Shown: one piece after another, positions 1-15,806 of the stretch
Position numbering within the stretch: the stretch's first letter is position 1
Layout: every line of letters begins with the position of its first letter
Assembly: GCA_964440935.1 (NCBI GenBank)
Contig: CAYTTY010000001.1
Location: 148,867 to 212,866, forward strand
From: an uncultured Ignavibacteria bacterium
GTDB lineage: Bacteria > Zixibacteria > MSB-5A5 > WJJR01
Direction of reading: 5' to 3'
DNA: 64,000 nucleotides
Notes under the pieces: model-generated
Database searches by the model: none
What the model was told of the DNA's origin: nothing
The model's input: only the letters and a program-made list of their open reading frames with translations
Program-made: the position numbers and the translations under genes

Positions 1-1
1 G

Positions 2-481
2 ATCTACATCGGAGACCGGAACAGCCAGCGTCCCCGCCGCCTCACCTTCTCCCCGGGGATCGACACCTCGCCGACGTTTTCTCCCGATGGCAAGCGGATC
101 ATTTTTACGTCAGATCGGGCAGGGACGCCCCAGCTGTATATTATGGATGATGACGGGGCCAACGTTCGGCGGATCACCTACGAGGGCAACTATAATGAAT
201 CGCCGAACTGGTCGCCGACCATGGACTTGATCGTCTACGTGACCCGGATCGACGGTTTATTTCAGATTATGACGGCCCGTCCCGACGGGTCCGAAGCTCG
301 TCAATTGACCGAAGTGGGCTCAAATGAAAACCCGCACTGGTCTCCGGATGGGCTGCATATCGTCTTTTCATCGAATCGCTCCGGGACGTACGAGATCTAC
401 ACCATGAACTATGACAAATCGGGGGTGTTGCGCCGGGTGACCACCACAGGCAACAACACCAACTCGAGTTGGTCGCCCTGA
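2..481 (+). CDS. tolB: Tol-Pal beta-propeller protein TolB (3' part, truncated by window edge)
   Basis: Open frame from base 2 with repeated PD40 motifs (SPTFSPDG, SPNWSP, NPHWSPDG, SSWSP); directly upstream of pal. Confidence 0.9.
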   Translation: MYIGDRNSQRPRRLTFSPGIDTSPTFSPDGKRIIFTSDRAGTPQLYIMDDDGANVRRITYEGNYNESPNWSPTMDLIVYVTRIDGLFQIMTARPDGSEARQLTEVGSNENPHWSPDGLHIVFSSNRSGTYEIYTMNYDKSGVLRRVTTTGNNTNSSWSP

Positions 482-518
482 GGGCTGGCAAGAGGATCGG
501 CAGTTTGCGGGAATTCTA

Positions 519-547
519 TTGACGAACTCACCGGGCCAATCTATATC
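519..547 (+). promoter_or_regulatory. possible sigma70-type promoter for pal
   Basis: TTGACG-17 bp-TATATC; the -10 element is imperfect. Confidence 0.35.
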
Positions 548-605
548 AGGACGTCGTCTACGTTGGGGACAACTGTACGGGTTTACATTCAAGGAGGGCG
601 GAGTG

Positions 606-1124
606 TTGAAACGGTACTTACTATCAGGTCTCATTCTTGCGGTCATGTTCGCAGGATGCGGCGGGGGGCAAGACGGTGCACAACGGGATGTGACCGAACG
701 GCCTGGTGGAGCGGATACGGGCGAAGAAACTACGCCGGGTGGTGAGGCAGAGCGTCCGCCGGAGCGCGATGTCACCACCATCGATGAAGCGATCAGCAAC
801 ATGCGGACGATTTACTTTGCCTTTGATAAGTACAACCTCCGTGATGATGCCAAGCGCAACCTCGAGCACAATGCCGAGATTCTTAAAGAGAACCCCGGTA
901 TCGACATCGTGATCGGGGGCCATTGTGACGAACGCGGCACCAACGAGTACAACTTGGCGCTCGGGGAGCGTAGGGCGAAAGCCGCACGCGACTACCTCGT
1001 TAGGCTGGGGGTGTCGGAGGATCGATTGGCGGTTCGGTCGTACGGAGAAGAGCGGCCGGTCGCAATGGGTCACAATGAAGAGGCGTGGGCGAAGAATCGT
1101 CGGGCCGAGTTCTCGCGTCGGTAA
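606..1124 (+). CDS. pal: peptidoglycan-associated lipoprotein Pal
   Basis: TTG start after AAGGAGG; lipobox FAGC; OmpA-like motifs IYFAFD, GHCDERGTNEYNLALGERRA, NRRAEF. Confidence 0.93.
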   Translation: MKRYLLSGLILAVMFAGCGGGQDGAQRDVTERPGGADTGEETTPGGEAERPPERDVTTIDEAISNMRTIYFAFDKYNLRDDAKRNLEHNAEILKENPGIDIVIGGHCDERGTNEYNLALGERRAKAARDYLVRLGVSEDRLAVRSYGEERPVAMGHNEEAWAKNRRAEFSRR

Positions 1125-1232
1125 GCGGCGACCTTTATAGTGATGTAATTTGGGGGTGGGATACGACAGGATCGTTTCCCGCCCCGTTTTTTCCCCGGGG
1201 CAGTATCGATCGACTGACAGTCAGGGGGATCG

Positions 1233-2015
1233 ATGATGAATCTGAAACGAGCCAAGACAATTAGACCGATGATGCGGAATGGCGTCATTCTTATTGTAGG
1301 GTTGCTGATTTCCGCCGGCTGTGCATCGCGAGCCGAAATCAGCAAGATGTCCACCCAATTGGACTACCTGGAAGCATCGCAAAAGCGAATGGAGCGTGAT
1401 CTCATTCGGATCGACTCCCTGGTGACGGAGAACACGGAGGCGGCCAACCGGACGCGCGCCGATGTGGGAGCCTCGCTCGACGAGTTCCGTCGTGATGCAC
1501 TCACCATGCGTGAGGCCATCGACGAATTGCGCCGGCAGATCGAACGCCGGCCTCCCCAAGTGATCTATCAGCCTGTACCCGGTGGTACTGACACTTCGTC
1601 CACCGACACCGGAGTAACGACGGCCGACGTGATCCCTGATATCGATCCATCGCAACTGTACGAGAATGCCTTCCTCGACGTCCGCAAGGGGAACTACGAG
1701 TTGGCGATACAGCAATTTCGGGATGTGCTCGAGTTCTTTGGTAGCACCGATTATGCGCCCAATGCCCGTTACTGGATCGGGGAATGCTATTATTCGCTGG
1801 AACAGTATGATTCGGCGATCGTTGAGTTCGATGCGCTTTTGGAGAACCACCCGATGTCGGAGCGTATTCCGACGGCCCTGTACAAAATGGGGCGCTGTTA
1901 CGAAGAATTGGGTCGGCCAACACGAGCACGTACGTATTATGAGCGAGTGATCAATGAGTATCCGAACTCACTTGAGGCAAAACCGTCGCAGAGTCGACTG
2001 GCGCAGATCCGTTAA
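1233..2015 (+). CDS. cpoB: Tol-Pal system protein CpoB/YbgF (lipoprotein, coiled coil + TPR)
   Basis: Lipobox SAGC, coiled coil, TPR motifs (NARYWIGECYY, ALYKMG); downstream of pal. Confidence 0.88.
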   Translation: MMNLKRAKTIRPMMRNGVILIVGLLISAGCASRAEISKMSTQLDYLEASQKRMERDLIRIDSLVTENTEAANRTRADVGASLDEFRRDALTMREAIDELRRQIERRPPQVIYQPVPGGTDTSSTDTGVTTADVIPDIDPSQLYENAFLDVRKGNYELAIQQFRDVLEFFGSTDYAPNARYWIGECYYSLEQYDSAIVEFDALLENHPMSERIPTALYKMGRCYEELGRPTRARTYYERVINEYPNSLEAKPSQSRLAQIR

Positions 2016-2051
2016 TCGAGGAATCGCTGTGGCAACACCGATGGATGTGTC

Positions 2052-2711
2052 ATGATTGTTAGGGCTAACCAACTAAATACAAACGATTTGAGCAGTAGTC
2101 CAACAATGGTGGAGGTGCCATTTCAGGGTACCCGTTCACGACTCCGCGTCCAGATCGAGCCGCTGACACAGCGATATTACGGCAAGGTGTTCAATGACTT
2201 ACATGCGGAAACCGTGGGTTACCACTTGGTTCCGCATCAGCCCTACCATTCTTATATTGAGTCCGAGTGTTTTCGCCTCGAAGCCGACCGAGCGGGGCGA
2301 CCAGTCTATGTCGCTGTGTCGCAATGGCCTGGGAATGTCGATATCAGGCCCCTGACGCCGCCGCCGAATTTCGATCTAGCGGAACTCCGCTTTTTAGATC
2401 TGCGGATTCATTGTGGCCGCCCTCTGATCCAGTATGACCCTGATAATGCGTTGATGGGTATTGTCTTCAAGGACTCTTCAGATTGTCAACATCTAGCGCT
2501 TGAGCCGCACGCCATTTGGTCGATTGATACTGACAGGAATCTGGTTGCCCTCTGGTTACGCGATATTGTGCTGGACCCGACGGGGCGGCGATTCCTGAAG
2601 TGGCGTCGACGGGCGTGGTCGCGCGTCAGACGGGACTTCACAGCGGGCCGGCTGGCGTACCCGCAAATCCCCACGCCATTGAGTGCGCCGGAGAAAACAA
2701 ATCGATCCTGA
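2052..2711 (+). CDS. hypothetical protein (possible tandem DUF2283-like modules)
   Basis: 219-aa ORF fills the cpoB-tRNA gap on the same strand; start uncertain. Confidence 0.6.
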   Translation: MIVRANQLNTNDLSSSPTMVEVPFQGTRSRLRVQIEPLTQRYYGKVFNDLHAETVGYHLVPHQPYHSYIESECFRLEADRAGRPVYVAVSQWPGNVDIRPLTPPPNFDLAELRFLDLRIHCGRPLIQYDPDNALMGIVFKDSSDCQHLALEPHAIWSIDTDRNLVALWLRDIVLDPTGRRFLKWRRRAWSRVRRDFTAGRLAYPQIPTPLSAPEKTNRS

Positions 2712-2718
2712 TTAATGC

Positions 2719-2746
2719 TTGACTCTTTTTGCGCCTAACGTATATT
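2719..2746 (+). promoter_or_regulatory. sigma70-type promoter for the tRNA-Thr/tuf operon
   Basis: TTGACT-16 bp-TATATT, about 85 bp before the tRNA. Confidence 0.6.
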
Positions 2747-2829
2747 CGCGGATTACCATTTTGGGCGAGCGCGCCCATTTTGATAAGTGGTTTTGCGCGT
2801 TGGCTCTTGGTAAAGACAGTGAATGGAAT

Positions 2830-2902
2830 GCCCATGTAGCTCAGGAGGTAGAGCACATCCTTGGTAAGGATGAGGTCACCGGTTCAAATCCGGTCGTGGG
2901 CT
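2830..2902 (+). tRNA. tRNA-Thr(GGT), CCA not encoded
   Basis: Cloverleaf: acceptor GCCCATG/CGTGGGC, anticodon arm CATCC-TTGGTAA-GGATG, T-loop TTCAAAT. Confidence 0.97.
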
Positions 2903-3047
2903 TTGTACTGTAAATCAGATGTGGATCGCGCCTGCCTGCAATCGTGTTGGCAGGATACCACGGAGGCGCTTTGGATCCCTCGTCAACTGTGGGAGAGGGT
3001 GAGAGAGCGTTGTTTAGTCTTTTTCGCAGGAGGGAGACCTTCCAATT

Positions 3048-4250
3048 ATGGCGAAGGCGAAGTTTGAACGCACCAAGCCCCACGTGAATGTCGGCACGAT
3101 TGGGCACGTCGACCACGGTAAAACCACGTTGACCGCGGCGATGACGATGCTGTTGAGCACGAAGGGACTGTCCGACATCCGGACCTTCGACTCGATTGAT
3201 AACGCTCCCGAGGAACGCGAGCGCGGTATTACCATCGCGACCGCCCATGTGGAGTATCAGAGTGAGAAGCGCCATTACGCGCACGTTGATTGTCCCGGTC
3301 ACGCGGACTACGTCAAGAATATGATCACGGGCGCCGCGCAGATGGACGGTGCGATTTTGGTGGTGTCGGCCGCCGATGGTCCGATGCCGCAGACCCGTGA
3401 GCACATCCTGCTTGCCCGTCAGGTCGGTGTTCCGTACATCGTTGTCTTCATGAACAAAGTGGACATGGTCGACGATCCGGAACTTCTCGATCTGGTGGAG
3501 TTGGAAGTGCGCGATTTGTTGACGTCATACGAATTCCCGGGCGATGATCTCCCCGTGATCCGCGGCTCCGCCCTCAAGGCGATGCAGCACGCGCAGGAAG
3601 GTGTTGCCGACGACCCGTCGTATCAGACCATCTACGATTTGATCAATGCACTCGATGATTACATTCCGATCCCCGAGCGTGAGACCGACAAGCCGTTTCT
3701 GATGCCGGTCGAAGACGTGTTTTCGATCACCGGTCGTGGCACGGTTGGCACCGGACGCGTCGAGCGCGGTGTCGTCAAAGTCGGTGATCAGCTCGAACGC
3801 GTCGGCATTAGGGAGACCAAGAAGACGGTCTGCACCGGTGTCGAAATGTTCCGCAAGCTTCTCGATGAAGCCCAGGCTGGTGACAACGTTGGTCTGCTCC
3901 TGCGCGGGATTGAAAAGACCGATTTGGAGCGTGGCATGGTGCTGGCCAAACCGGGATCGATCACACCGCACACGAAGTTTAAAGGCGAAGTCTATATTTT
4001 GACGAAGGAAGAGGGCGGTCGCCACACGCCGTTCTTCAGCGGCTATCGTCCGCAGTTCTACTTCCGTACCACGGACGTTACCGGTGTGGCAACGCTGCCG
4101 GAAGGCACCGAAATGGTGATGCCCGGCGACCGTGTGACGATTGAAGCCGAGTTGATCACACCGATCGCCATGGAGCAGGGCCTGCGATTCGCGATCCGTG
4201 AAGGTGGCCGGACCGTCGGCGCCGGCGTGATTGCCGAAGTGGTCGAATAA
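3048..4250 (+). CDS. tuf: elongation factor Tu
   Basis: [29 protein letters not shown] motifs. Confidence 0.99.
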   Translation: MAKAKFERTKPHVNVGTIGHVDHGKTTLTAAMTMLLSTKGLSDIRTFDSIDNAPEERERGITIATAHVEYQSEKRHYAHVDCPGHADYVKNMITGAAQMDGAILVVSAADGPMPQTREHILLARQVGVPYIVVFMNKVDMVDDPELLDLVELEVRDLLTSYEFPGDDLPVIRGSALKAMQHAQEGVADDPSYQTIYDLINALDDYIPIPERETDKPFLMPVEDVFSITGRGTVGTGRVERGVVKVGDQLERVGIRETKKTVCTGVEMFRKLLDEAQAGDNVGLLLRGIEKTDLERGMVLAKPGSITPHTKFKGEVYILTKEEGGRHTPFFSGYRPQFYFRTTDVTGVATLPEGTEMVMPGDRVTIEAELITPIAMEQGLRFAIREGGRTVGAGVIAEVVE

Positions 4251-4304
4251 CTGCGCAGTCCCGCATTGTTGATGTGGGGTGACGCTTAGGAAAGGACCGG
4301 GACT

Positions 4305-4457
4305 GTGCCTCGGGATATCATTACGCTGGCGTGTGAGGACTGTAAAAACCGGAATTACACGGACACAAAGAACCGTCGTAAGCACCCGGATCGGGTCACA
4401 TTCCGGAAGTATTGTCCGTTTTGCCGCAAGCACACGGCACACAAGGAAACCCGGTAG
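4305..4457 (+). CDS. rpmG: 50S ribosomal protein L33 (Zn-ribbon form; not in ORF track)
   Basis: Manual translation from GTG: [50 protein letters not shown]. Confidence 0.97.
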   Translation: MPRDIITLACEDCKNRNYTDTKNRRKHPDRVTFRKYCPFCRKHTAHKETR

Positions 4458-4514
4458 CATCTGGCAACGGACGCGTTGCGCGGTGCTGCGGCATCGTCAA
4501 TGCGTTTTGGCGAC

Positions 4515-4591
4515 AGGCCTGTAGCTCAATTGGCTAGAGCACCGGTCTCCAAAACCGGGGGCTGGGGGTTCGAGTCCCTCCAGGCCTGCCA
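4515..4591 (+). tRNA. tRNA-Trp(CCA) with encoded CCA end
   Basis: Acceptor AGGCCTG/CAGGCCT, anticodon arm CCGGT-CTCCAAA-ACCGG, T-loop TTCGAGT; canonical position between rpmG and secE. Confidence 0.97.
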
Positions 4592-4615
4592 TTCGATAGT
4601 CTGAGTAGGTTGGTT

Positions 4616-4807
4616 ATGGTCAGCGGGATTAAGACGTACTACAACGAAACGGTCACCGAGCTGGAAAAGGTGACGTGGCCGTCGAGAGATGAACTCGTCG
4701 GATCGACCATTGTCGTGGTCGTGGTCTCCTTGATTCTCGGGTTCTTCACTTTCGGCGTGGACCTGATCCTGGCGCAGGCCGTGTCCGCCGTGTTGGGTAT
4801 CTCGTGA
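4616..4807 (+). CDS. secE: preprotein translocase SecE
   Basis: [13 protein letters not shown] motif plus one TM helix; before nusG. Confidence 0.95.
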   Translation: MVSGIKTYYNETVTELEKVTWPSRDELVGSTIVVVVVSLILGFFTFGVDLILAQAVSAVLGIS

Positions 4808-5340
4808 GCGTGGATCTCAAATGGTATGTGGCCCACACGTATTCGGGCCACGAAAAGAAGGCGCAACGGTATCTCGAAAGCACCTTCGCGAATGCGGGGT
4901 TGGACGACCATCTTGGTCGTGTCGTGGTGCCGACGCAGGAAGTTGTAGAAATGCGGCAGGGGAAGCGCTCGTCGTCAATGAAGAAGTTTCTCCCAGGCTA
5001 CATCCTGATCGAGTTGCACTTGACGAAGCAGACGCAGCATTTGGTGACCAACACGCCCGGCATCACGAATTTCGTCGGATCGGGCGGGAAACCGGTTCCG
5101 CTCCAGCCAGATGAAGTCGAGCGTGTACTCGGCCAGATGGACACCAGCCGCGAACAGGAAGTCACCGAGATTCCGTATCGTGTCGGTGATCAAGTGAAAG
5201 TCATCGACGGTCCGTTTTCGGATTTTGCCGGGTTTATATCGGAAGTGAACATGGAACGCAGGAAGTTGAAGGTCATGGTTTCGATCTTCGGCCGGCCGAC
5301 GCCGGTCGAGTTGGATTTCTTGCAGGTACAGTCAGGGTAG
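4804..5340 (+). CDS. nusG: transcription factor NusG
   Basis: [20 protein letters not shown] motif, [10 protein letters not shown]. Confidence 0.98.
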   Translation: MSVDLKWYVAHTYSGHEKKAQRYLESTFANAGLDDHLGRVVVPTQEVVEMRQGKRSSSMKKFLPGYILIELHLTKQTQHLVTNTPGITNFVGSGGKPVPLQPDEVERVLGQMDTSREQEVTEIPYRVGDQVKVIDGPFSDFAGFISEVNMERRKLKVMVSIFGRPTPVELDFLQVQSG

Positions 5341-5357
5341 CCGTAGGGGAGTGAGTC

Positions 5358-5783
5358 GTGGCAACCAAACCAATTACCGGATATATCAAGCTGCAGATTC
5401 CCGCGGGGAGCGCCAATCCGGCGCCACCGGTGGGTCCCGCGCTCGGCCAGCACGGGGTCAATATCATGGAGTTCTGCAAGGCGTTTAACGCTAAGACACA
5501 GCAGGATGCCGGGCTGATTATTCCGGTTGTGATTACGGTCTATAAGGACAAGTCCTTTACCTTTATCACCAAGACGCCGCCCGCGTCGGTGCTCCTGACC
5601 AAGGCCGCCAAACTGCAGAAGGGGTCGCCCGAGCCGAATCGCAATAAGGTCGGCCGTGTAACCAAAAAGCAAGTGCAGGAGATCGCCGAGACCAAAATGG
5701 TCGACCTCAATGCCGCGTCGGTCGAATCGGCGATGCGGATGATCGCGGGCACGGCTCGCAGCATGGGAATTGAGGTCGTTTAA
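5358..5783 (+). CDS. rplK: 50S ribosomal protein L11
   Basis: [22 protein letters not shown]. Confidence 0.99.
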   Translation: MATKPITGYIKLQIPAGSANPAPPVGPALGQHGVNIMEFCKAFNAKTQQDAGLIIPVVITVYKDKSFTFITKTPPASVLLTKAAKLQKGSPEPNRNKVGRVTKKQVQEIAETKMVDLNAASVESAMRMIAGTARSMGIEVV

Positions 5784-5828
5784 CGTCTCCGGAACGACAC
5801 GGTGTCATCACCGTTCATCGATAGTTGT

Positions 5829-5892
5829 GAATTCACCCGGCGACTGGACCACTCGACAACGACGTAATTGCGGGTGGGAGCTAAGGGGGTTC
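5829..5892 (+). promoter_or_regulatory. candidate L1-binding autoregulatory RNA overlapping the rplA RBS
   Basis: GGC-GACTGGA-CCACTCG pairs with CGGGTGG-GA-GCT, giving the asymmetric internal loop of L1 sites; an outer stem can pair with the SD. Confidence 0.55.
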
Positions 5893-5893
5893 A

Positions 5894-6604
5894 ATGAAGG
5901 TTGGTAAGAAGCATCGCGACGCCAAGGCCAAAATCGACCGTACCGATTTGCAGCCGCTGAGCCAGGCCATTGATACGGCCCTGGAAGTGCGACATGCCAA
6001 GTTTGACGAATCGGTTGATGTGGCGATGCGTCTGGGTGTGAATCCGAAACATGCGGATCAGATCGTCCGTGGCACTGTCATCTTGCCTCACGGAACCGGC
6101 AAATCGATCCGCGTGCTCGCCCTGACCAAGGGCGAAAAAGAAGCCGAAGCACGTGAAGCAGGTGCTGACTATGTTGGCGCCGATGAATTCGTGCAGAAGA
6201 TTCAGGATGGCTGGCTCGAGTTTGATGCCGTTGTGGCCACTCCGGATGTGATGGGCCAGGTGGGGCGACTCGGTAAGGTGTTGGGGCCGCGCGGCTTAAT
6301 GCCGTCGCCCAAGACCGGCGGTGTTACCATGGACATCGGCAAAGCCGTCGCTGACCTGAAAGCCGGTAAGGTCGAATACCGCGTCGATCGCGGTGGCAAT
6401 GTCCACAGTCTCGTTGGCAAAACGTCGTTCGGCCGCGAAAAGTTGTTCGAGAATGCCCGTGCATTTATCGATGCGGTTATTCGCGCCAAGCCGGTGGCCG
6501 CCAAAGGACAATACATTCGTCACGTCTCCGTATCCACCACGATGGGCCCGGGGATACCAGTCGATCACAGCGGTCTTCTGGCGGAGATAAAAATAAAGAA
6601 GTAG
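5894..6604 (+). CDS. rplA: 50S ribosomal protein L1
   Basis: [29 protein letters not shown]. Confidence 0.99.
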   Translation: MKVGKKHRDAKAKIDRTDLQPLSQAIDTALEVRHAKFDESVDVAMRLGVNPKHADQIVRGTVILPHGTGKSIRVLALTKGEKEAEAREAGADYVGADEFVQKIQDGWLEFDAVVATPDVMGQVGRLGKVLGPRGLMPSPKTGGVTMDIGKAVADLKAGKVEYRVDRGGNVHSLVGKTSFGREKLFENARAFIDAVIRAKPVAAKGQYIRHVSVSTTMGPGIPVDHSGLLAEIKIKK

Positions 6605-6628
6605 TCCGCGTTACCACGGAGAAGAATC

Positions 6629-7156
6629 ATGCCGCGTCCGGAAAAAGTACAAGCAGTTGATCACCTGACCGAAGAAATCAGCCAGGCGGGGTCGATCTTT
6701 ATTACCGACTATCAGGGGTTGACGGTGGCCGATATGACCGACTTGCGTGCGCAGTTGCGCCAAGCCGGGATCCGCTATCGTGTCGCCAAGAACACGCTCT
6801 TGCGGCTGGCGGCCCGGAACGCCGATATGCCCGAGCTGCTGGACCACCTGCAAGGACCCACCGCCATCGCGTTTGCCAGCGATGATCCGGTAGCGCCGGC
6901 CAAGGTTTTTCATGATTTCTACTCACGTCTCGAAAAACCACGCGTACGGATGTTTGTCACCGAACGTAAGGTGTACACGCAGGACGATCTGAAGGCGGTC
7001 GCTGCGTTGCCGCCGCGTGAAGAGATGCTGGCACAGGTGATTGCTTCCATTGAGTCGCCGCTCACCAACTTTGTCGGTACCCTGGATGCCATCATCCGCG
7101 ATTTCGTGGGCACCATTGATGCCCTGGCTCAGAAGCGAACCGACGAAGGCGGTTGA
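6629..7156 (+). CDS. rplJ: 50S ribosomal protein L10
   Basis: DYQGLTV, VAKNTLLRLA, GPTAIAF. Confidence 0.98.
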   Translation: MPRPEKVQAVDHLTEEISQAGSIFITDYQGLTVADMTDLRAQLRQAGIRYRVAKNTLLRLAARNADMPELLDHLQGPTAIAFASDDPVAPAKVFHDFYSRLEKPRVRMFVTERKVYTQDDLKAVAALPPREEMLAQVIASIESPLTNFVGTLDAIIRDFVGTIDALAQKRTDEGG

Positions 7157-7232
7157 TGCGCGGCCGGGTTTAATCATATCGGAAACAATTGCGTAAGACA
7201 CATCGGTATCTTGTAAGGAAAGGATCAGCGTC

Positions 7233-7619
7233 GTGGCAGAATCTACTACCATCGATCAGGTGGTCGACATCATCGAGAAGATGACGGTCATGGAGCTGTC
7301 GGAGCTCTCGAAGACCCTTCAGGACAAGTTCGGCGTCAGTGCGGCCGCCCCCGTGATGATGGGGGGACCCGCTGCTGGCGGTGGCGGCGAAGCAGCCGTC
7401 GAGGAAAAGACCGAATTCACTCCGTTTATGACGGCGGTGGGTGATAAGAAGATCCAAGTGATCAAGGTGATTCGTGAAATCACCGGTCTGGGACTGAAAG
7501 AAGCCAAGGAATTGGTGGACAAAGCTCCCGGAGCAGTCAAAGAGGACGTTTCGAAAGAGGAAGCTGAGTCAATTCAGTCCAAGCTGCAAGAGGTTGGCGC
7601 TGTCGTTGAAATCCGCTAA
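7233..7619 (+). CDS. rplL: 50S ribosomal protein L7/L12
   Basis: [26 protein letters not shown]. Confidence 0.99.
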   Translation: MAESTTIDQVVDIIEKMTVMELSELSKTLQDKFGVSAAAPVMMGGPAAGGGGEAAVEEKTEFTPFMTAVGDKKIQVIKVIREITGLGLKEAKELVDKAPGAVKEDVSKEEAESIQSKLQEVGAVVEIR

Positions 7620-7725
7620 CTCGGACCGCGCCCGATAGTCTGCCTGCAGACACCCGGCAGCCGCCCTCGCCCACGGCAAGAGCGGCCCGTGGTGCTGTAT
7701 GGCCATTTTCCCTAGGGGGTTACCC

Positions 7726-11529
<3,804 letters not shown>

Positions 11530-11608
11530 GGTTCGACAACCCATGAGTGTGCCAGACCAACGAAATCGGAGCGGTACTGGACAGAGACCCTGAGGCAGGG
11601 AGGAACTA

Positions 11609-14600
11609 GTGGCTTTTCCAGCTCGCAATCAAAAACGGCCTTCCGACTTTTCGGCCATTCGCATTCAGTTGGCCTCACCGGACACGATCCGTTCGTGGTC
11701 GTACGGTGAAGTGACGAAGCCGGAAACGATCAATTACCGATCGTTTAAGCCCGAGCGCGATGGCCTGTTCTGTGAACGTATTTTCGGTCCGGTTAAGGAC
11801 TGGGAATGCAATTGCGGGAAGTATAAGCGTATCCGCTTCCGCGGTATTGTCTGCGATCGTTGCGGTGTCGAGGTGACCCAATCCAAGGTGCGTCGCGAAC
11901 GCATGGGGCACATCGAGCTGGCCGTGCCCGTGACGCACATCTGGTTCGTCAAGTCGTCGCCGTCACGGATCGGGTATCTGCTCGATATGTCGATCCGGGA
12001 CCTCGAGCGCGTGATCTACTATGAGCGCTACGTGATGATCGATCCGGGTGAGACCGAGTACAAGCAAGCCGATCTCCTCGAAGAGGATGAATACCTGGAT
12101 CTCGTGGAGCAGGGTAAGGAGTTCCGCGCTGGGATGGGTGCTCCCGCGATTGCGGAGATCCTCAATCACATCGACATCGAAGAGCTGTCGCTGTCACTGC
12201 GTGCGCAGGTGAAAGTTGAGACCTCCGCCCAGCGCAAGCAGGACAGCTTGAAGCGTCTCCGCGTGATCGAATCGTTCCGCCAGTCGCCGAACAGCCCGGA
12301 ATGGATGATCATGAAAGTCCTTCCGGTGATCCCCCCCGACCTGCGGCCGTTGGTGCCGTTGGAAGGCGGACGGTTTGCCACGTCCGATCTAAACGACCTG
12401 TATCGTCGCGTGATCAACCGCAACAACCGTCTGAAAAAGCTGATCGATATCAAGGCGCCGGACGTCATTCTGCGCAATGAGAAGCGCATGTTGCAGGAGG
12501 CGGTGGACGCGCTCCTCGACAATGGACGCCGCACGCAGGCGGTCCGCGGCGACTCGCGTCGCCCGCTTAAGTCCCTGTCCGATTTGCTCAAGGGCAAGCA
12601 GGGACGGTTCCGGCAGAATCTGCTTGGTAAGCGTGTCGACTATTCCGGCCGTTCCGTGATCGTTGTCGGTCCCGAGTTGAAATTGCATCAATGCGGTTTG
12701 CCAAAGAATATGGCTCTCGAACTCTTCAAGCCGTTCATCATTATGAAGCTCGAAGAGAAGGGGTATGTCCAGACAGTCAAGTCGGCGAAGCGGCTCGTCG
12801 AGCGCGAGCGCCCGGAGGTCTGGGACATCCTTGAAGAGATCATTAACGAGCATCCGGTGATGCTCAACCGCGCTCCGACGCTGCACCGTCTGGGTATACA
12901 GGCGTTCTACCCCGTGCTGGTGGAAGGCAAGGCGATCCGTCTGCATCCGCTCGTTTGCGCAGCATTCAATGCCGACTTCGATGGCGACCAGATGGCGGTG
13001 CACGTTCCGCTGTCATTTGAGGCGCAACTCGAAGCGCGACTGTTGATGTTCTCGACGAACAACATTCTGTCGCCCTCGTCGGGCCGCCCGATTGCCACTC
13101 CGTCGCAGGATATCGTGTTGGGATGCTACTACCTGACGAAGGACCGTCCCGGCGGCAAGGGTGAAGGGATGCGATTCACCTCGACCGACGAAGCACTCAT
13201 GGCGGAGAATTTCGGCGAGATCGATTTGCACTCGGTGATCAAAATCCGCATCGGTGATGAATTGGTTGACACGACCTGCGGTCGCGTGATTTTCAACGAA
13301 ATTCTACCTCCCGAAGTCGAGTTCTTCAATGAAGTCGCATCTAAAGGTAAGTTGGAAGGACTTGTGTTGAATACCTTCCGGGCGGTCGGACCGCACCGCG
13401 CGGCGGAGTTTCTCGACAAATTGAAGAATCTTGGATTCTTGTACGCGACTCGTGCCGGCGCCACCGTCGGGATCGATGATATACTCATTCCACCGGAGAA
13501 GCAGCAGTTGATCGAAGCCACGCAAAAGGAAGTGGCGCGGGTGCAGAAGCAATATGAACGCGGTGTGATCACCAACGGTGAACGCTACAACAAGGTCATC
13601 GATTTGTGGACACACACCACGAGCGAAATCTCCGAAGTGTTGTTTCAGCGTCTGCGCGATGACAAGCAGGGTTTCAATCCGGTCTTTATGATGGCCGACT
13701 CCGGCGCGCGAGGCTCGAAAGAGCAGATTCGCCAACTGGCCGGCATGCGTGGCTTGATGGCCAAACCGCAGAAGAAGATCACCGGTCAGATCGGTGAAAT
13801 CATCGAATCGCCGATTCTTTCGAACTTCCGCGAGGGACTGTCGGTGATGGAATACTTTATCTCGACACACGGCGCCCGCAAGGGTCTCGCCGACACGGCT
13901 CTCAAGACCGCCGATGCCGGTTACCTCACACGGCGTCTCGTCGACGTGGCGCAGGATGTCATCATCAACGAGTTCGACTGCGGAACCATCTTGGGACTGA
14001 ATACCTCGGCATTGAAGGAAGGCGAAGAGATCATCGAGTCGTTGTCTGACCGTATTCTGGGTCGTGTGTCTCTCGAAGACGTTGTCGATCCGATATCCGG
14101 TGACACACTCGTTGAGGCCGGCGAGCAAATCAGCGAAGCCCAGGCGACGGCGATCGATGACTCCGGGCTTGATTTGGTTCGTATCCGCTCGGTGTTGACG
14201 TGCGAGTCGCGCCAGGGTGTTTGTGCGAAGTGCTACGGCCGTAATCTCGCGACCATGAACATGGTCGAAATGGGCGAATCGGTCGGTGTGATCGCCGCCC
14301 AGTCGATCGGCGAGCCGGGCACGCAGTTGACGTTGCGTACGTTCCATATCGGTGGTACCGCGGCCCGCATTGCCGAGCAGTCGCAGGTGCTGTCCAAGTC
14401 GGCCGGTACTGTTGTGTTCAAGGGTGTGAAATCGGTCGTTGGTCCGACGGGCAATCTCGTTGTGACCAATCGCGACGGTGAATTGCAGATCGTCGATGAT
14501 CAGAAACGTGTTCGCGCACGCTTCAATGTGCCGTACGCCTCAGAGATGATGGTGAAAGAGGGAGACAAGGTCGAACGGAACAATGTGCTGTTCGAGTGGG

Positions 14601-15700
14601 ACCCGTACACCGCGACCATTCTCTCCGAAAAGCCGGGTGTCGTGCATTTTGAAGACATTATCGAGGGTGTAACGTTGCGCGAGGAGCTCGATGAAACGAC
14701 CGGTCTCCGCCAGCGTGTGATTGTCGAGCCGCGGGAACGCCGTGATCGTACTCCTCTGCCACACCTGAAGATTTACGAGACCAAGAATCGCAACAAGCTG
14801 GCGGCGTCGATTTCCATTCCGACCGGTGCACACTTGGCGGTCCATGATGGTGAAACGGTTCAGGCGGGTTCGGTTCTCGTGAAGATCCCGCGTGAAATCT
14901 CCAAGACGCGCGACATCACGGGTGGTCTGCCGCGTGTGGCCGAACTCTTTGAGGCGCGCAAGCCGCGTGATCCGGCGGTGGTGACGGAAATCGACGGCAT
15001 CACCGAATTTGGCAAGATCGTGCGTGGCAACCAGCAGGTCATCGTGCACGGCGAGAACGAAGAATCGAAGGAATATCTAATTCCGCACGGTAAGCACATG
15101 ATGATCCACAACGGCGATCGCGTGCGCGCCGGCGACCGTCTCTGTGAAGGCGCCGTCGATCCGCACGATATCCTGCGCATTAAGGGCGCCAACGCCGTGC
15201 AGGAATACCTGGTGAATGAAATCCAGGAGGTGTATCGCCTTCAGGGTGTGAAGATCAACGATAAGCACATCGAGACCATTGTGCGCCAGATGCTCCAGAA
15301 GGTGCGTGTGGACACGGTGGGCGATACGAACTTCCTCGAAGGCGAGGTGGTCGACAAGAACACCTTCCGCGACGAGAACGAATCGGTGTTGATGGAGGGC
15401 GGTGCACCGGCGACCTTCCAGCCGTTGCTGCTCGGTATCACCAAGGCGTCACTGACCACCGAATCGTTTTTCTCAGCGGCATCATTCCAGGAGACCACCA
15501 AGGTGCTGACCGAGGCGGCCGTCTCCGGCAAGATCGACAACCTGAAAGGGCTGAAGGAAAACGTGATTATTGGACACCTGATTCCCGCCGGTACCGGTCT
15601 CGAGAGCTATCGTTCCATCGAGATTCCGGCTGAAGAGATGCCGTCCGAGGAGATCCAGGAGGAGGAGCCCGAAATCGGGATCTTCCAGGAGAACGTCTAA
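11609..15700 (+). CDS. rpoC: RNA polymerase beta' subunit
   Basis: NADFDGD catalytic motif, N-terminal Zn finger, TQLTLRTFH. Confidence 0.99.
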   Translation: MAFPARNQKRPSDFSAIRIQLASPDTIRSWSYGEVTKPETINYRSFKPERDGLFCERIFGPVKDWECNCGKYKRIRFRGIVCDRCGVEVTQSKVRRERMGHIELAVPVTHIWFVKSSPSRIGYLLDMSIRDLERVIYYERYVMIDPGETEYKQADLLEEDEYLDLVEQGKEFRAGMGAPAIAEILNHIDIEELSLSLRAQVKVETSAQRKQDSLKRLRVIESFRQSPNSPEWMIMKVLPVIPPDLRPLVPLEGGRFATSDLNDLYRRVINRNNRLKKLIDIKAPDVILRNEKRMLQEAVDALLDNGRRTQAVRGDSRRPLKSLSDLLKGKQGRFRQNLLGKRVDYSGRSVIVVGPELKLHQCGLPKNMALELFKPFIIMKLEEKGYVQTVKSAKRLVERERPEVWDILEEIINEHPVMLNRAPTLHRLGIQAFYPVLVEGKAIRLHPLVCAAFNADFDGDQMAVHVPLSFEAQLEARLLMFSTNNILSPSSGRPIATPSQDIVLGCYYLTKDRPGGKGEGMRFTSTDEALMAENFGEIDLHSVIKIRIGDELVDTTCGRVIFNEILPPEVEFFNEVASKGKLEGLVLNTFRAVGPHRAAEFLDKLKNLGFLYATRAGATVGIDDILIPPEKQQLIEATQKEVARVQKQYERGVITNGERYNKVIDLWTHTTSEISEVLFQRLRDDKQGFNPVFMMADSGARGSKEQIRQLAGMRGLMAKPQKKITGQIGEIIESPILSNFREGLSVMEYFISTHGARKGLADTALKTADAGYLTRRLVDVAQDVIINEFDCGTILGLNTSALKEGEEIIESLSDRILGRVSLEDVVDPISGDTLVEAGEQISEAQATAIDDSGLDLVRIRSVLTCESRQGVCAKCYGRNLATMNMVEMGESVGVIAAQSIGEPGTQLTLRTFHIGGTAARIAEQSQVLSKSAGTVVFKGVKSVVGPTGNLVVTNRDGELQIVDDQKRVRARFNVPYASEMMVKEGDKVERNNVLFEWDPYTATILSEKPGVVHFEDIIEGVTLREELDETTGLRQRVIVEPRERRDRTPLPHLKIYETKNRNKLAASISIPTGAHLAVHDGETVQAGSVLVKIPREISKTRDITGGLPRVAELFEARKPRDPAVVTEIDGITEFGKIVRGNQQVIVHGENEESKEYLIPHGKHMMIHNGDRVRAGDRLCEGAVDPHDILRIKGANAVQEYLVNEIQEVYRLQGVKINDKHIETIVRQMLQKVRVDTVGDTNFLEGEVVDKNTFRDENESVLMEGGAPATFQPLLLGITKASLTTESFFSAASFQETTKVLTEAAVSGKIDNLKGLKENVIIGHLIPAGTGLESYRSIEIPAEEMPSEEIQEEEPEIGIFQENV

Positions 15701-15806
15701 CCGTGGCCGGTGGGCCGGAGCGAGGGACTTGATTTTCCTCCCGTCGCCATATAAACTTGGCCACTTCTGATGGATGTATCAGTCAGTCATGTGAAGCGAG
15801 GTATCG

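Noticed and set aside
7157-7232. TTTAAT and TGCGTAAGAC between rplJ and rplL recall an L10 leader
   Set aside because: Could not build the supporting paired structure by eye; needs a covariance-model search.
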